This document shows positions 52,984 to 62,247 of a stretch of DNA of 64,000 nt, one piece after another; within the stretch, counting starts at the first letter, position 1, and the number at the start of each line of letters is the position of its first letter. The position numbers were made by a program, and so were the translations under genes. This stretch comes from a bacterium (lineage in GTDB: Bacteria > Patescibacteriota > Minisyncoccia > Phycocordibacterales > UBA1006), in the NCBI GenBank assembly GCA_037144045.1, contig JBAWXN010000002.1:54734-118733 (forward strand), written 5' to 3'. A model generated the notes under the pieces. The model had not been told where the DNA came from, made no database searches, and saw only the letters and a list, made by a program, of their open reading frames with translations.

Positions 52984-53808
52984 ATGAAAAAATATTCAAT
53001 CATTATTATTGGAATAATTGCAGTAATCGCCCTTATATTAGGCATTACAACATTATCAAGAAACAAATCTATATCTGTAGCAGAACGAGTTGTAAGTAAA
53101 GGAGAAATCCGGATTGGATACATTGTGTATCCACCATTACTCCTTAAGAACCCAGTAACAGGCGAACTTTCAGGCATTTCATACGACCTCGTTGAAGCTG
53201 CAGCAAAAAATCTGGGACTAAAAACTAACTGGGTCGAAGAAGTCGGATGGGGAACTGCAATCGAAGGACTAAAAACAAAGCGTTACGACATTCTAGGAAC
53301 TCAAATGTGGCCAAACTCTGCTCGTGCACGTGAAGCTGCATTTTCATTAGCTCCAATGAATAGTACTATCTATCCCTACGCACGACCTAACGATTATCGC
53401 TTTAATTCTCTTGAAAGTATTAATTCCTCGAATATTACTATCGGGGTTCTCGACGGAGAAATGGCATCATTTATTGCAGAACAAGATTATCCTAACGCTA
53501 AAGTAAACGCGCTTCCTCAACTTTCATCTTATTCTGAAGTTTTTCTTAATATTCTTAACAAGAAATCAGATGTTGCATTTGTCGAACCATCAGTTGCAAA
53601 TGATTTTCTGGAAAAGAATCCCGGCTCTGTTGTACGTATAGGAAACGAGCCCGTTCGTACTCTTGGGAACAGTTTCGCTTTTGCTCGAGGAGAAGATTCT
53701 ATGGTTACTATGTGGAATATTGCTATGCAGGAGCTTATTAACGATGGTACCGTAAAACGAACTCTCGAAAAGTACAATGTTTCTAAAGAATACACTATTA
53801 CTAAATAA
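52984..53808 (+). CDS. ABC transporter substrate-binding protein (family 3, polar amino acid type)
   Basis: Signal/TM anchor, then an SBP_bac_3-like domain (IRIGYIVYPP...SGISYDL...YDILGTQM). Confidence 0.7.
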   Translation: MKKYSIIIIGIIAVIALILGITTLSRNKSISVAERVVSKGEIRIGYIVYPPLLLKNPVTGELSGISYDLVEAAAKNLGLKTNWVEEVGWGTAIEGLKTKRYDILGTQMWPNSARAREAAFSLAPMNSTIYPYARPNDYRFNSLESINSSNITIGVLDGEMASFIAEQDYPNAKVNALPQLSSYSEVFLNILNKKSDVAFVEPSVANDFLEKNPGSVVRIGNEPVRTLGNSFAFARGEDSMVTMWNIAMQELINDGTVKRTLEKYNVSKEYTITK

Positions 53809-53820
53809 TTAATCACCTAC

Positions 53821-54474
53821 ATGTTCCAAGTTCTCATACAATACCACCACCTCTGGCTACATGGGTTTTTCATGACCTTGAAGCTACTAGGCACTATAAT
53901 ACTGATTGGAATTCCTACAGGGATCACTCTCGGAGTAATTGGGGGAAAATTTAGCACAGAACTTGGAGTCATTATCAAGGGCGCAAGATTCGTAACTAAA
54001 GTCATCCCGGTTCTTGTTCTTTTGTTTTGGCTACACTATCCACTACAAGGAATGTTGCACGTTGTAATAAATCCATTTTGGACAACCGTTATTGCACTGG
54101 GCCTTATTAATATGATTGCAACAGCATCCATTATTAGTATTGAACTACAACTAATTCCAAAAGCATACCGAGAAGCAGGAATCACTTTAGGCATGAATTC
54201 ACTGCAAATTGTGAAGTATATTGAACTTCCACTTTTACTCCGTCGAACCCTTCCCCAAATTCTCTTAGGTCAGGCATCCATACTCGAGTACACATTATTC
54301 GCTAGTCTCATTTCTGTACCAGAATTATTTCGTGTCGCGCAAACTATTAACGCTATGGCTTATAAACCTATTGCCATTTATTCACTTCTTGTTATTTTTT
54401 TTCTATTAATCCTAGGACCTCTTCATATATTAATTAACTGGATCAAGGAAAAATATATTGCCGAATATGCTTAA
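53821..54474 (+). CDS. ABC transporter permease (His/Glu/Gln/Arg/opine family)
   Basis: Five TM helices with the EAA-like loop region (EAGITLGMNSLQIVKYIELPL). 217 aa. Confidence 0.7.
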   Translation: MFQVLIQYHHLWLHGFFMTLKLLGTIILIGIPTGITLGVIGGKFSTELGVIIKGARFVTKVIPVLVLLFWLHYPLQGMLHVVINPFWTTVIALGLINMIATASIISIELQLIPKAYREAGITLGMNSLQIVKYIELPLLLRRTLPQILLGQASILEYTLFASLISVPELFRVAQTINAMAYKPIAIYSLLVIFFLLILGPLHILINWIKEKYIAEYA

Positions 54475-55588
54475 CATTACCCACGCTACAAAAAAATATT
54501 CTCGAGGAAATTTAGTTCGAGGCATAACCGACGTTTCTTTAAAAGTAGAGACCGGGGAAATCGTTTGTATTCTCGGCTCAAGCGGTTCAGGTAAAAGCAC
54601 CTTACTTCGGGTTGCTGCCGGACTTGAACCACTTGATAGTGGATCACTTACACAAGATCCCAACATTTTTTCTAGTTATGTTTCACAAGAATACACTCTT
54701 TGGCCCCATCTCACTATTATTGAAAACATGACTCTCGCACCAAAACTTAACACAGCCACATCAATTGAAAATCTTCGCACGGAAGCACTTACCCTGCTCA
54801 AGCGATTTGAATTAGAAGATTATGCCGATACTTATCCCACGCAACTTTCTGGAGGTCAACGTCAACGCGTAGCGCTCTTACGAGCGGTTATTATGAAACC
54901 AAGAATTCTACTCTTGGATGAAATTACATCAGCTCTCGATCCGGAACTTACCAAAAGCGTTCTTGATCTTATTCGAGCACTAGCTAAAGATGGGTACACC
55001 ATGATTATCGTAACGCATCACATGTCATTCGCTTTATCAGTTGCAGATAGAATTATTTTTCTCAAAAACGGCTCTGTCGCAGCTGACCAAACTACTCATG
55101 AATTCTTTTTTAATCAGTCAAACCCAGAGATAAAATCCTTCATTATTGATATAGCAAAAAAAGATGACATGGTTGAAATTTTCAAAGGCGTTGAACAGTT
55201 TCAAGCCTATCATATAGGACTCATCAGAAAACTTCCTGAATGCTCAATTATTCATGTTGCAGGCGCCGTTGGCAATAGTTGGTATATTCCAATGGGTGAC
55301 TTTTATGAAAAATACGAACACCTCCGTCACCAAAAGAAAATAATTTGGAAAATGGTTACTTACGAACAGGGAGTCATTGATAAAAGACTCCTCAAGGAAT
55401 TTCCAGAATATAATCAATACCGACAAATGCCTCGAGCATTGCAGAACCCTGCAAACTATAATGTATTTGGTGACACGGTCATTACGCAAATCTTCGAAAA
55501 CGAACCTACGATTATTCAGATAAGAAGCCAGCATGTTGCGAATGCATACTTAAGGTTTTTTGAAGAACTTTGGGAGCTGTCAAAATAA
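54458..55588 (+). CDS. ABC transporter ATP-binding protein with a C-terminal TrmB-C-domain-like extension
   Basis: Walker A GSSGSGKST, signature LSGGQRQRVAL, Walker B LLLDEITSALD, H-loop. The extra 130-aa C-terminal region is not part of the ABC fold. Its blocks DFYEKYEHLRHQKKIIWKMV and HVANAYLRFFEELWELSK parallel HTFVEKYKNWIVWFWKHAPKEV and MAHNMREVFKELWNK of the adjacent TrmB-like protein. Confidence 0.7.
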   Translation: MPNMLNITHATKKYSRGNLVRGITDVSLKVETGEIVCILGSSGSGKSTLLRVAAGLEPLDSGSLTQDPNIFSSYVSQEYTLWPHLTIIENMTLAPKLNTATSIENLRTEALTLLKRFELEDYADTYPTQLSGGQRQRVALLRAVIMKPRILLLDEITSALDPELTKSVLDLIRALAKDGYTMIIVTHHMSFALSVADRIIFLKNGSVAADQTTHEFFFNQSNPEIKSFIIDIAKKDDMVEIFKGVEQFQAYHIGLIRKLPECSIIHVAGAVGNSWYIPMGDFYEKYEHLRHQKKIIWKMVTYEQGVIDKRLLKEFPEYNQYRQMPRALQNPANYNVFGDTVITQIFENEPTIIQIRSQHVANAYLRFFEELWELSK

Positions 55589-55612
55589 AAAGACTGTTAC
55601 AGTCTTTTTATT
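55588..55612. terminator. bidirectional Rho-independent terminator
   Basis: AGACTG-ttac-AGTCT with A5/T5 flanks. Confidence 0.5.
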
Positions 55613-56504
55613 TTCCATGAAATTTTTTATGAACTTCACGTAATTGTTTATCGGTAACATGGGTATAGACTTGAGTTGTAGCAATATTGGCATGTCCCAG
55701 CATTATCTGCACACTACGCATATCAGCACCATTTGAAAGTAAGTCAGTTGCGAAACTGTGACGCAATACGTGCGGGGTAACCTTTTTATAAATACCTGCC
55801 TTGATTGCGTAGTGTTTCACAATGCGTTGAATAGACCGCGGCGTAAGTCGAGCATCAGAACCTTCATTAAAAGATTCACTTACAAATAATGGATCCGCCA
55901 TATCTTTACGTGATTTAAGGTAATCTCGCAAAACACTTTTAGCGCGATCTGATAGAAACACTACGCGCACCTTGTCTCCTTTTCCTCGAATTGAAAACTC
56001 ATCCTTAGATAAATCAATATCACGATTGAGTGAACATAATTCAGAAAGACGTAGCCCTGTAGAAAAAAAGAGTTCTAAAATAGCTAAATCTCGAGCGTTG
56101 TCACTTGCTGCTGCAAGGAATCGTTTGAGTTCAGCTCCCGAAAGAGGGTCAATGTCTCGCGATCCCGTCTTTGCAAGTTCGATCACATCCGGAGCCACTG
56201 AAGGAATGTTACACTTCTTCATGTATTTCAAGAAAGAGCGTAGTGCAATTAAATAGTAATTCTGCGTTGCCTTTTTCATAGTTCCCTGAGTTTGTCCTTT
56301 TACCTTAACTCCTTTAGAGCGATTCAAGTTAAGGCGAAATTCACGAATCATGGTCTCAGTAATATCAGCAGGGGATTTCACTTTACCAAACTCAAAAAAA
56401 ACATTGAGATAGTGCTCATAATTCCGAACGGTATTAAGTGCTCGCCCTTTTTCAATTTCTACATATTCAAGGAATTGGCGCTTCAGATCGTGAACGTCAT
56501 ACAT
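55608..56504 (-). CDS. tyrosine site-specific recombinase (XerC/XerD family)
   Basis: C-terminal catalytic region LRHSFATDLLSNGADMRSVQIMLGHANIATTQVYTHV (R..HxxR...Y). The start was placed at the internal MYDVHDLKRQFLEY because the track ORF extends to 56633. Confidence 0.8.
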   Translation of the reverse strand: MYDVHDLKRQFLEYVEIEKGRALNTVRNYEHYLNVFFEFGKVKSPADITETMIREFRLNLNRSKGVKVKGQTQGTMKKATQNYYLIALRSFLKYMKKCNIPSVAPDVIELAKTGSRDIDPLSGAELKRFLAAASDNARDLAILELFFSTGLRLSELCSLNRDIDLSKDEFSIRGKGDKVRVVFLSDRAKSVLRDYLKSRKDMADPLFVSESFNEGSDARLTPRSIQRIVKHYAIKAGIYKKVTPHVLRHSFATDLLSNGADMRSVQIMLGHANIATTQVYTHVTDKQLREVHKKFHGK

Positions 56505-56523
56505 ATGTAAGTATTGTACCACG

Positions 56524-56829
56524 TTGACAAAAAGCATAAAAAGGGGATACTTGAACAAATCTTCTATTATGAGCATAAGAACTGCTTTTCTAGCAATTGC
56601 CTGGCTTCTTGGCATTATTATACAATTAGCCATTACCGGGATTATTATTTTTATAGCGTACCACCTTAAAAACTATAGTGCCGTGCACTTTTCGGAGTCC
56701 ACCTCTCACTTCACCTCACTAATTCCGATTGGAATCTGGATCCTTCAGTTATTCTTTTTCTTGCAATGGGCTGGGCTAATACCTAATAAAATAAGGAATT
56801 CCCAGGAAAGACACGAACTATTATCCTAA
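56524..56829 (+). CDS. small membrane protein (101 aa)
   Basis: Three hydrophobic helices, followed by a strong terminator. Confidence 0.3.
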   Translation: MTKSIKRGYLNKSSIMSIRTAFLAIAWLLGIIIQLAITGIIIFIAYHLKNYSAVHFSESTSHFTSLIPIGIWILQLFFFLQWAGLIPNKIRNSQERHELLS

Positions 56830-56833
56830 CCAT

Positions 56834-56872
56834 ACCCCCTGGAACACGTTCTCGCGTTCCAGGGGGATTTTA
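56834..56872 (+). terminator. Rho-independent terminator
   Basis: CCCCCTGGAACACG-ttctcg-CGTTCCAGGGGG 14-bp stem followed by ATTTT. Confidence 0.55.
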
Positions 56873-56911
56873 CTTGCATAAAAACAGAATGTGTGATAAA
56901 GTCATAGCACT

Positions 56912-57175
56912 ATGTTAACGACAGCCAAAAAACAAAAAGTGATGGCGGCATCAGCTCGAAAAGACGGAGATACTGGTTCACCAGAAGTACAAATCGCCCT
57001 TATTTCTGAACAAATCAGTCAATTGACGACTCACTTGCAAACCCACAAGAAAGACAACCATTCTCGCCGAGGATTGGTGATTATGGTAGCGCAACGACGA
57101 AAACTCTTAAATTACCTTAAGAAGTCAGACGTTAAAGCATACGAAAAAACACTTAAACTTGTTGGATTAAAGTAA
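56912..57175 (+). CDS. rpsO: 30S ribosomal protein S15
   Basis: Canonical S15: GSPEVQIALISEQISQLTTHLQTHKKDNHSRRGL..MVAQRRKLLNYL. 87 aa. Confidence 0.9.
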   Translation: MLTTAKKQKVMAASARKDGDTGSPEVQIALISEQISQLTTHLQTHKKDNHSRRGLVIMVAQRRKLLNYLKKSDVKAYEKTLKLVGLK

Positions 57176-57176
57176 T

Positions 57177-57203
57177 AAAAAACACCCTAAGGGTGTTTTT
57201 TAT
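57177..57203 (+). terminator. Rho-independent terminator after rpsO
   Basis: ACACCCT-aa-GGGTGT followed by T6. Confidence 0.6.
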
Positions 57204-57499
57204 TTGACCTGGTTCAGTAAACCAGTATACTACAACAAATAACTCTGTATGTTTTTTATAGATGATGATGAAGATGCCGCATGGGAGCAAGAACGCGAAC
57301 GTAACCGCAAATCAAAAAAATCGAATCGTAACGGATTTGATATGATCCATGCCGCACAACTCCTGAGACAAATACTTAACGAACTTTGTATTCCTGTAAT
57401 GGACCACCAACAACAACGTGCATTTGATAGGCGCAATAAAAATGGAACCAAGTAACCCTTGGTTTTTATTTATGCACAATAATTGATATACTGCACCTA

Positions 57500-59176
57500 A
57501 TGAAAACTGCGTATATTTTCCACGACGCCTTTTGCGATCCATTTTCAGAATGGTATCCATGGATGAAAACAACCCTCGAATCAAAAGGGTATTTAGTTAT
57601 CGTTCCAAAGTTTCCCAGCCCCGCAGGACAATCCTACGAATCTTGGAAAGTAGTTATAAAAAATTATATTAATACATTCGACAGTGACACGATTATCATC
57701 GGACATGGAACTGGTGGCGTATTTGGGTTACGGATCGTACAAGAACTTACTCAAAAGATTCAAGGATTGTTCCTGGTTGCAAGCTATGGCGAGCCGATTG
57801 GTAATATTGGATACGATCGTATTAATAAAACATTTTATGAACCTGCCCTGGATTGGAAAAAAATAAAGGAACACGCGATAACGATTCGCATCTTCGCAGG
57901 TGACCAAGACCCGTTTGTACCTCTTGCTATTACTGAACGACTTGCTGAAGGCCTTGGCGAAAACGTTGAAACCATTCCTGAGGGTGGCCACTTAGGAAAA
58001 GCTGCGGGGTTTACTCAATTAGTACCTGTAGCGTCTCGCATTTTTGAAAGTCTTTCTGAAATTGATAAATCTATTACTGTTGAAAAAAATACTGACGATG
58101 AAATAGCTGTATTAGCACCTATTGCAGTAAACCCGGTCGCACCTCAACAAGAACCTATTTCCCAGGCAGATAAACCTGTTCATAATCCGGAACTCCACGC
58201 TCATACAATGTATCAAGACATGTCACACCTGGTTAATTCCAATAAAGGAACGGTTGCCTCATCACTCCTGACTAAGGCTCGTACCGACAAAGCAGTGGCC
58301 GATGCAGCATCACCCGCATCTGGGAAAAATATTATGTATACCTTGTTTTCAATTTTCCTCATCGGAGCAACACTCGGTATTGTAATATTCCTCGTTCAAA
58401 AATATGCACCCACACCAACTATTCCACCAACTCCTGAAGTGCTCTCATTGATTAAGTCTGAAGAACATAAAAAAATAACTCTCAGTGGCGAACCAGTATT
58501 CCTCCTTGATCAGAAAATTAGGAATGTTTTTGAACAGCCCATGACTGATGGCACGATTAGAGATATTTATTATGTTAATGCAACGGGTCGCGCATCATTT
58601 AGCGATCTGATTACTGCACTTGGTATTACTAACTTACCAGCGGGACTTACTGACGAATTCCCAAGTAGTGAAAACAGTGTTCCAGTGTTCATGCATGGAC
58701 TTTCTACTAAAAACCAAGTTGCACGCCATTTCTTAGTTATTAAGATAAACAATTACGATATAACGTTTGCGTTTATGAAGCAGTGGGAACGAACCATGCT
58801 TAAAGACCTTGGACCGCTCATGAATATTTCATCAGATTTTTTAAAAACACGATTAGGTAAAGACGTGTTTCAAGATGAATTATTACAGAATAAAAACGTT
58901 CGCACGTTGCGCTATCGTAAACCAGTGACAATTAGTTTAGATGATACCTCTACCGCGGTCACATCTACTACTTCGTCAGCATTAGATTCTATAAGTTCAA
59001 CCGTGCAAACTGTTCTTGCTAACAATCCGTTTACGAATCAGTCAGCTCCGTATCAGGAAAAAGATCTCATGATTTCGTACTTTTTCTTGAATGAAAAAAC
59101 GCTCGTAATCACTGATAACCTTGAATTAGTTCCTGAACTCCTCAAGCGTTACGCCAACAGCCAAATATACCAGTAA
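57500..59176 (+). CDS. membrane-anchored protein with an N-terminal YdeN/RBBP9-like alpha/beta-hydrolase domain (nucleophile position GHGTGG)
   Basis: YIFHDAFCDPFSEWYPWMKTTL (HW.PWL pattern). IIIGHGTGGVFG sits where the family has GHSxG, so Thr replaces Ser. Then a TM helix (LFSIFLIGATLGIVIFLV) and a 280-aa extracytoplasmic domain. Confidence 0.45.
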   Translation: MKTAYIFHDAFCDPFSEWYPWMKTTLESKGYLVIVPKFPSPAGQSYESWKVVIKNYINTFDSDTIIIGHGTGGVFGLRIVQELTQKIQGLFLVASYGEPIGNIGYDRINKTFYEPALDWKKIKEHAITIRIFAGDQDPFVPLAITERLAEGLGENVETIPEGGHLGKAAGFTQLVPVASRIFESLSEIDKSITVEKNTDDEIAVLAPIAVNPVAPQQEPISQADKPVHNPELHAHTMYQDMSHLVNSNKGTVASSLLTKARTDKAVADAASPASGKNIMYTLFSIFLIGATLGIVIFLVQKYAPTPTIPPTPEVLSLIKSEEHKKITLSGEPVFLLDQKIRNVFEQPMTDGTIRDIYYVNATGRASFSDLITALGITNLPAGLTDEFPSSENSVPVFMHGLSTKNQVARHFLVIKINNYDITFAFMKQWERTMLKDLGPLMNISSDFLKTRLGKDVFQDELLQNKNVRTLRYRKPVTISLDDTSTAVTSTTSSALDSISSTVQTVLANNPFTNQSAPYQEKDLMISYFFLNEKTLVITDNLELVPELLKRYANSQIYQ

Positions 59177-59180
59177 TCAT

Positions 59181-60191
59181 ATGAAAAAATTTTTAATTTA
59201 TAACCTAATAGTAATGCCACTGGTAGTGCTTGGAGTACTCGGATCAACAGCTGTATTTCCTCTGGCAGTTAATCATGCTAACGCAGAGAACACTGTCAAC
59301 GTACAAAATAATGACTTCTCCACCGGAGTCTCCGACGCCTGCACCGGTAAAGACTGTTACAGTTTGTTCTCTGGATTTGCAACAGCACTTGGAGGTAAGT
59401 TTGATAACATACAGAATGCAGACAGTATTGGAGGATTAGTAAATGCACTCATTGCCTTTGGTATAGGACTTGGGGGAGTACTTGCGGTTGCTATGATCAT
59501 GTATCAAGGATTCTTGTACATGAAAACTGATAATACTAATACTAAGTTAAATACTAAAGGTAAGATTATTAATACCATTGTAGGATTTCTCTTATTACTT
59601 ACGATCTATACCATATTGAAGACAATTAATCCTGATTTGTTGAATTTGATGCCGCGTATTGATTATTCACAACTTGACCCAGGTGAAAACGGAGACGGTA
59701 GACCTCAAGATGCTGTAACAGGCGCTGACACTAATGGAACTCCACCTCCACCAACAACCGTATCAGGATGTAGAGCTGGTATTGTAACCGTTCAAAACAT
59801 CAAGATTTGTAAAAACTTAGCCAAAGGACTCGACGATATGATTACCGCTGCAAAACAAGCAGGATTCACATTAACTGGATACGGATGGCGTAGTTCACAA
59901 AGCCAAATCAACCTTCGTATTAAAAACTGTGGGGGAAACAACAATTACAATATTTATGAAAAACCATCTGGTCAATGTAATCCTGAAACAGCAATACCCG
60001 GAAGGTCGCGTCACGAACAAGGTCTTGCAGTGGACTTCCTCTGCGCAGGGGTACAGATTAATCGATCAGCGTCACCATCGACTACCGGATGCTTTAACTG
60101 GCTCTATAATAACGCTGCTAAATATGGTTTCTACAACCTTAAGAGTAACACTCGAACAGAGGATTGGCACTGGTCAAGCGACGCACATTAA
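59181..60191 (+). CDS. peptidase M15 (VanY/D,D-carboxypeptidase-like LAS metallopeptidase) with an N-terminal pilin-like two-helix membrane region
   Basis: C-terminal SRHEQGLAVDF...TEDWHWS (the HxxxxxxD and ExxH zinc ligands of the M15/LAS fold). The N-terminal 150 aa has a signal/TM plus a second hydrophobic helix, resembling conjugative/VirB2-like pilins. A Pro/Thr-rich linker joins the two. Confidence 0.5.
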   Translation: MKKFLIYNLIVMPLVVLGVLGSTAVFPLAVNHANAENTVNVQNNDFSTGVSDACTGKDCYSLFSGFATALGGKFDNIQNADSIGGLVNALIAFGIGLGGVLAVAMIMYQGFLYMKTDNTNTKLNTKGKIINTIVGFLLLLTIYTILKTINPDLLNLMPRIDYSQLDPGENGDGRPQDAVTGADTNGTPPPPTTVSGCRAGIVTVQNIKICKNLAKGLDDMITAAKQAGFTLTGYGWRSSQSQINLRIKNCGGNNNYNIYEKPSGQCNPETAIPGRSRHEQGLAVDFLCAGVQINRSASPSTTGCFNWLYNNAAKYGFYNLKSNTRTEDWHWSSDAH

Positions 60192-60244
60192 TTAATCAAC
60201 TCTGTCAAATTTCTTTTTAAGCCCATCTATGCTAAGCTGGTTCC

Positions 60245-60604
60245 ATGAAAAAAGAACGCATCAATTACTTTAAAGAAAAACTCACTGCTGAAAAAGCTAT
60301 TCTTGAAGATGAGCTCCAAAGTATTGGTGTAAAAGACGCTAATGGTGACTGGAGTGCTGTTCCAGAAGCACATACAGACGTAGAAGGTGACGAGGGGGAT
60401 CAAGCTGAATTCATTCAAGACTTCGATTCTAAGATTGCTCGCCTTGGATCACTCGAAACAAAATATCATCAAGTAGTAGATGCTCTCGCACGTATCGAAA
60501 ACGAAACCTATGGAATCTGTTTAAAGTCCGGAGCTCCTATCGAGGAAGACCGCCTTGAAGCAAATCCAGCCGCAGAAACCTGTAAGGCAATGATGAATAG
60601 TTAA
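60245..60604 (+). CDS. DksA/TraR-family C4 zinc-finger protein
   Basis: N-terminal coiled coil plus C-terminal CLKSGAPIEEDRLEANPAAETC (the CxxC-x17-CxxC-like DksA/TraR finger). 119 aa. Confidence 0.6.
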   Translation: MKKERINYFKEKLTAEKAILEDELQSIGVKDANGDWSAVPEAHTDVEGDEGDQAEFIQDFDSKIARLGSLETKYHQVVDALARIENETYGICLKSGAPIEEDRLEANPAAETCKAMMNS

Positions 60605-60670
60605 TCGAAAATCCCATTTATATGGGTTTTTCTTTATAAAAAATTTACCTCTTGTTGGTACTATTTACCC

Positions 60671-62209
60671 ATGGCAAAAAACTTTTCACGCATTTATTCA
60701 GCACAACCCTATCACTTGGAAGGACATATCGTGTCAGTGGAAATTGATATCACTAATGGTCTCCATTCGTTTTCTATTGTAGGACTTCCTGATAAAGCCG
60801 TAGAAGAATCGCGCGATCGTGTAGCAAGTGCTATTAAAAATTCTGGATTTACTTCACCAAAACAAGAAAATCATAAAACAGTTGTTTCACTTGCACCTGC
60901 TGAACTCCGTAAGGAAGGCTCATATTTTGATTGTGCTATTGCCGTTGGATATTTACTTGCAGGGCACCATATAGAATTTTCACCTGACAAAAAATTGTTT
61001 ATCGGTGAACTTTCCTTAAACGGTGAACTACAACCAATACATGGAATACTTCCTATTGTCCAAACCGCCAAAAAACATGGTTTCACTGAGCTATTTATTC
61101 CAGAAAAAAATACACTCGAGGCAGCGCTTATTTCTGGTATTACTATTTATCCAGCCAAAAACCTCTCCGAGATTATCAACCACATCGATGAATCATCTGA
61201 TACCAGAATCTATATCCGCCCACAACCTGTTACCCTAATTCCACAACCAGAGCCGCTTGCGGTAAATAATTTTAATACTATCTTCGGTCAAGAAACCGCA
61301 AAGCGAGGACTCGAGATTGCTGCATCAGGAGGACACAACATCATTATGTCAGGACCCCCTGGAACTGGAAAAACTCTGCTGGCTCGTGCGTTTAACGAAC
61401 TCCTTCCACCTCTTCCTATTGAATCCATTCTTGAAGTAACAGGGATCCATAGCGTGGCAGGACTTCTTAATAACCATGTTCGACCCTTGGTTGTACAACC
61501 ACCGTTCAGATCGCCTCATCATACCTCAAGTTATGTTTCGCTCATCGGCGGTGGATCTATTCCACGTCCAGGCGAAGTAACCCTTGCACATCGAGGAGTA
61601 TTATTCCTTGATGAATTTCCTGAATTTGATAAACGGGTTATTGAATCGTTACGACAGCCTATTGAGGATCGTATGGTTACGATTGCACGCGCTCGTGGCA
61701 GTGCTTTATTTCCAGCTCAATTCACCCTTATTGCAGCAATGAATCCATGTCCTTGTGGAAACTTTGGGTCACTTCATAAAATATGTGTTTGCAATCCTCA
61801 TGAAATAGGTCGCTATCGTAAAAAAATATCAGGACCCATTCTTGATCGCATTGATATTTGGCTTGCAGTAGAACATATTGATTATAATAAACTATCTACG
61901 TCGAGTACTATCCCTGAATCCAGTGAAGCAGTAAGAGCGCGCGTAATCAGTGCTCGAAAAACTCAGCAAGAACGATTCAGTAGCTCAGTAAAATTAAACG
62001 CTCACATGAGTAATAAAGATATTCAGTCAATTCACTTAACGCCCGATGTAAGAAAACTCCTTGTTGAAAGTAGTGAACTTTTTAAACTATCACCGCGGTC
62101 ATTTCATCGAATTATTAAAATAGCACGAACTATAGCTGATTTGGACGGGTCCAAAGAATTAACTACTGATCACATACTTGAAGCGTTTCACTATAGGCCG
62201 AGACAATAA
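60671..62209 (+). CDS. comM: YifB/ComM-family Mg-chelatase-like AAA+ ATPase
   Basis: N-terminal Lon-protease-like domain, Walker A GPPGTGKT, Walker B LFLDEFPEF, a Cys cluster CPCGNFG..CVC, and a C-terminal ChlI-like domain. 512 aa. Confidence 0.9.
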   Translation: MAKNFSRIYSAQPYHLEGHIVSVEIDITNGLHSFSIVGLPDKAVEESRDRVASAIKNSGFTSPKQENHKTVVSLAPAELRKEGSYFDCAIAVGYLLAGHHIEFSPDKKLFIGELSLNGELQPIHGILPIVQTAKKHGFTELFIPEKNTLEAALISGITIYPAKNLSEIINHIDESSDTRIYIRPQPVTLIPQPEPLAVNNFNTIFGQETAKRGLEIAASGGHNIIMSGPPGTGKTLLARAFNELLPPLPIESILEVTGIHSVAGLLNNHVRPLVVQPPFRSPHHTSSYVSLIGGGSIPRPGEVTLAHRGVLFLDEFPEFDKRVIESLRQPIEDRMVTIARARGSALFPAQFTLIAAMNPCPCGNFGSLHKICVCNPHEIGRYRKKISGPILDRIDIWLAVEHIDYNKLSTSSTIPESSEAVRARVISARKTQQERFSSSVKLNAHMSNKDIQSIHLTPDVRKLLVESSELFKLSPRSFHRIIKIARTIADLDGSKELTTDHILEAFHYRPRQ

Positions 62210-62218
62210 ATTATGTAA

Positions 62219-62247
62219 TAAAAAACTCTGCACTGCAGAGTTTTTTA
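62219..62247. terminator. bidirectional Rho-independent terminator
   Basis: CTCTGCA-c-TGCAGAG with A6/T6 flanks. Confidence 0.55.
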
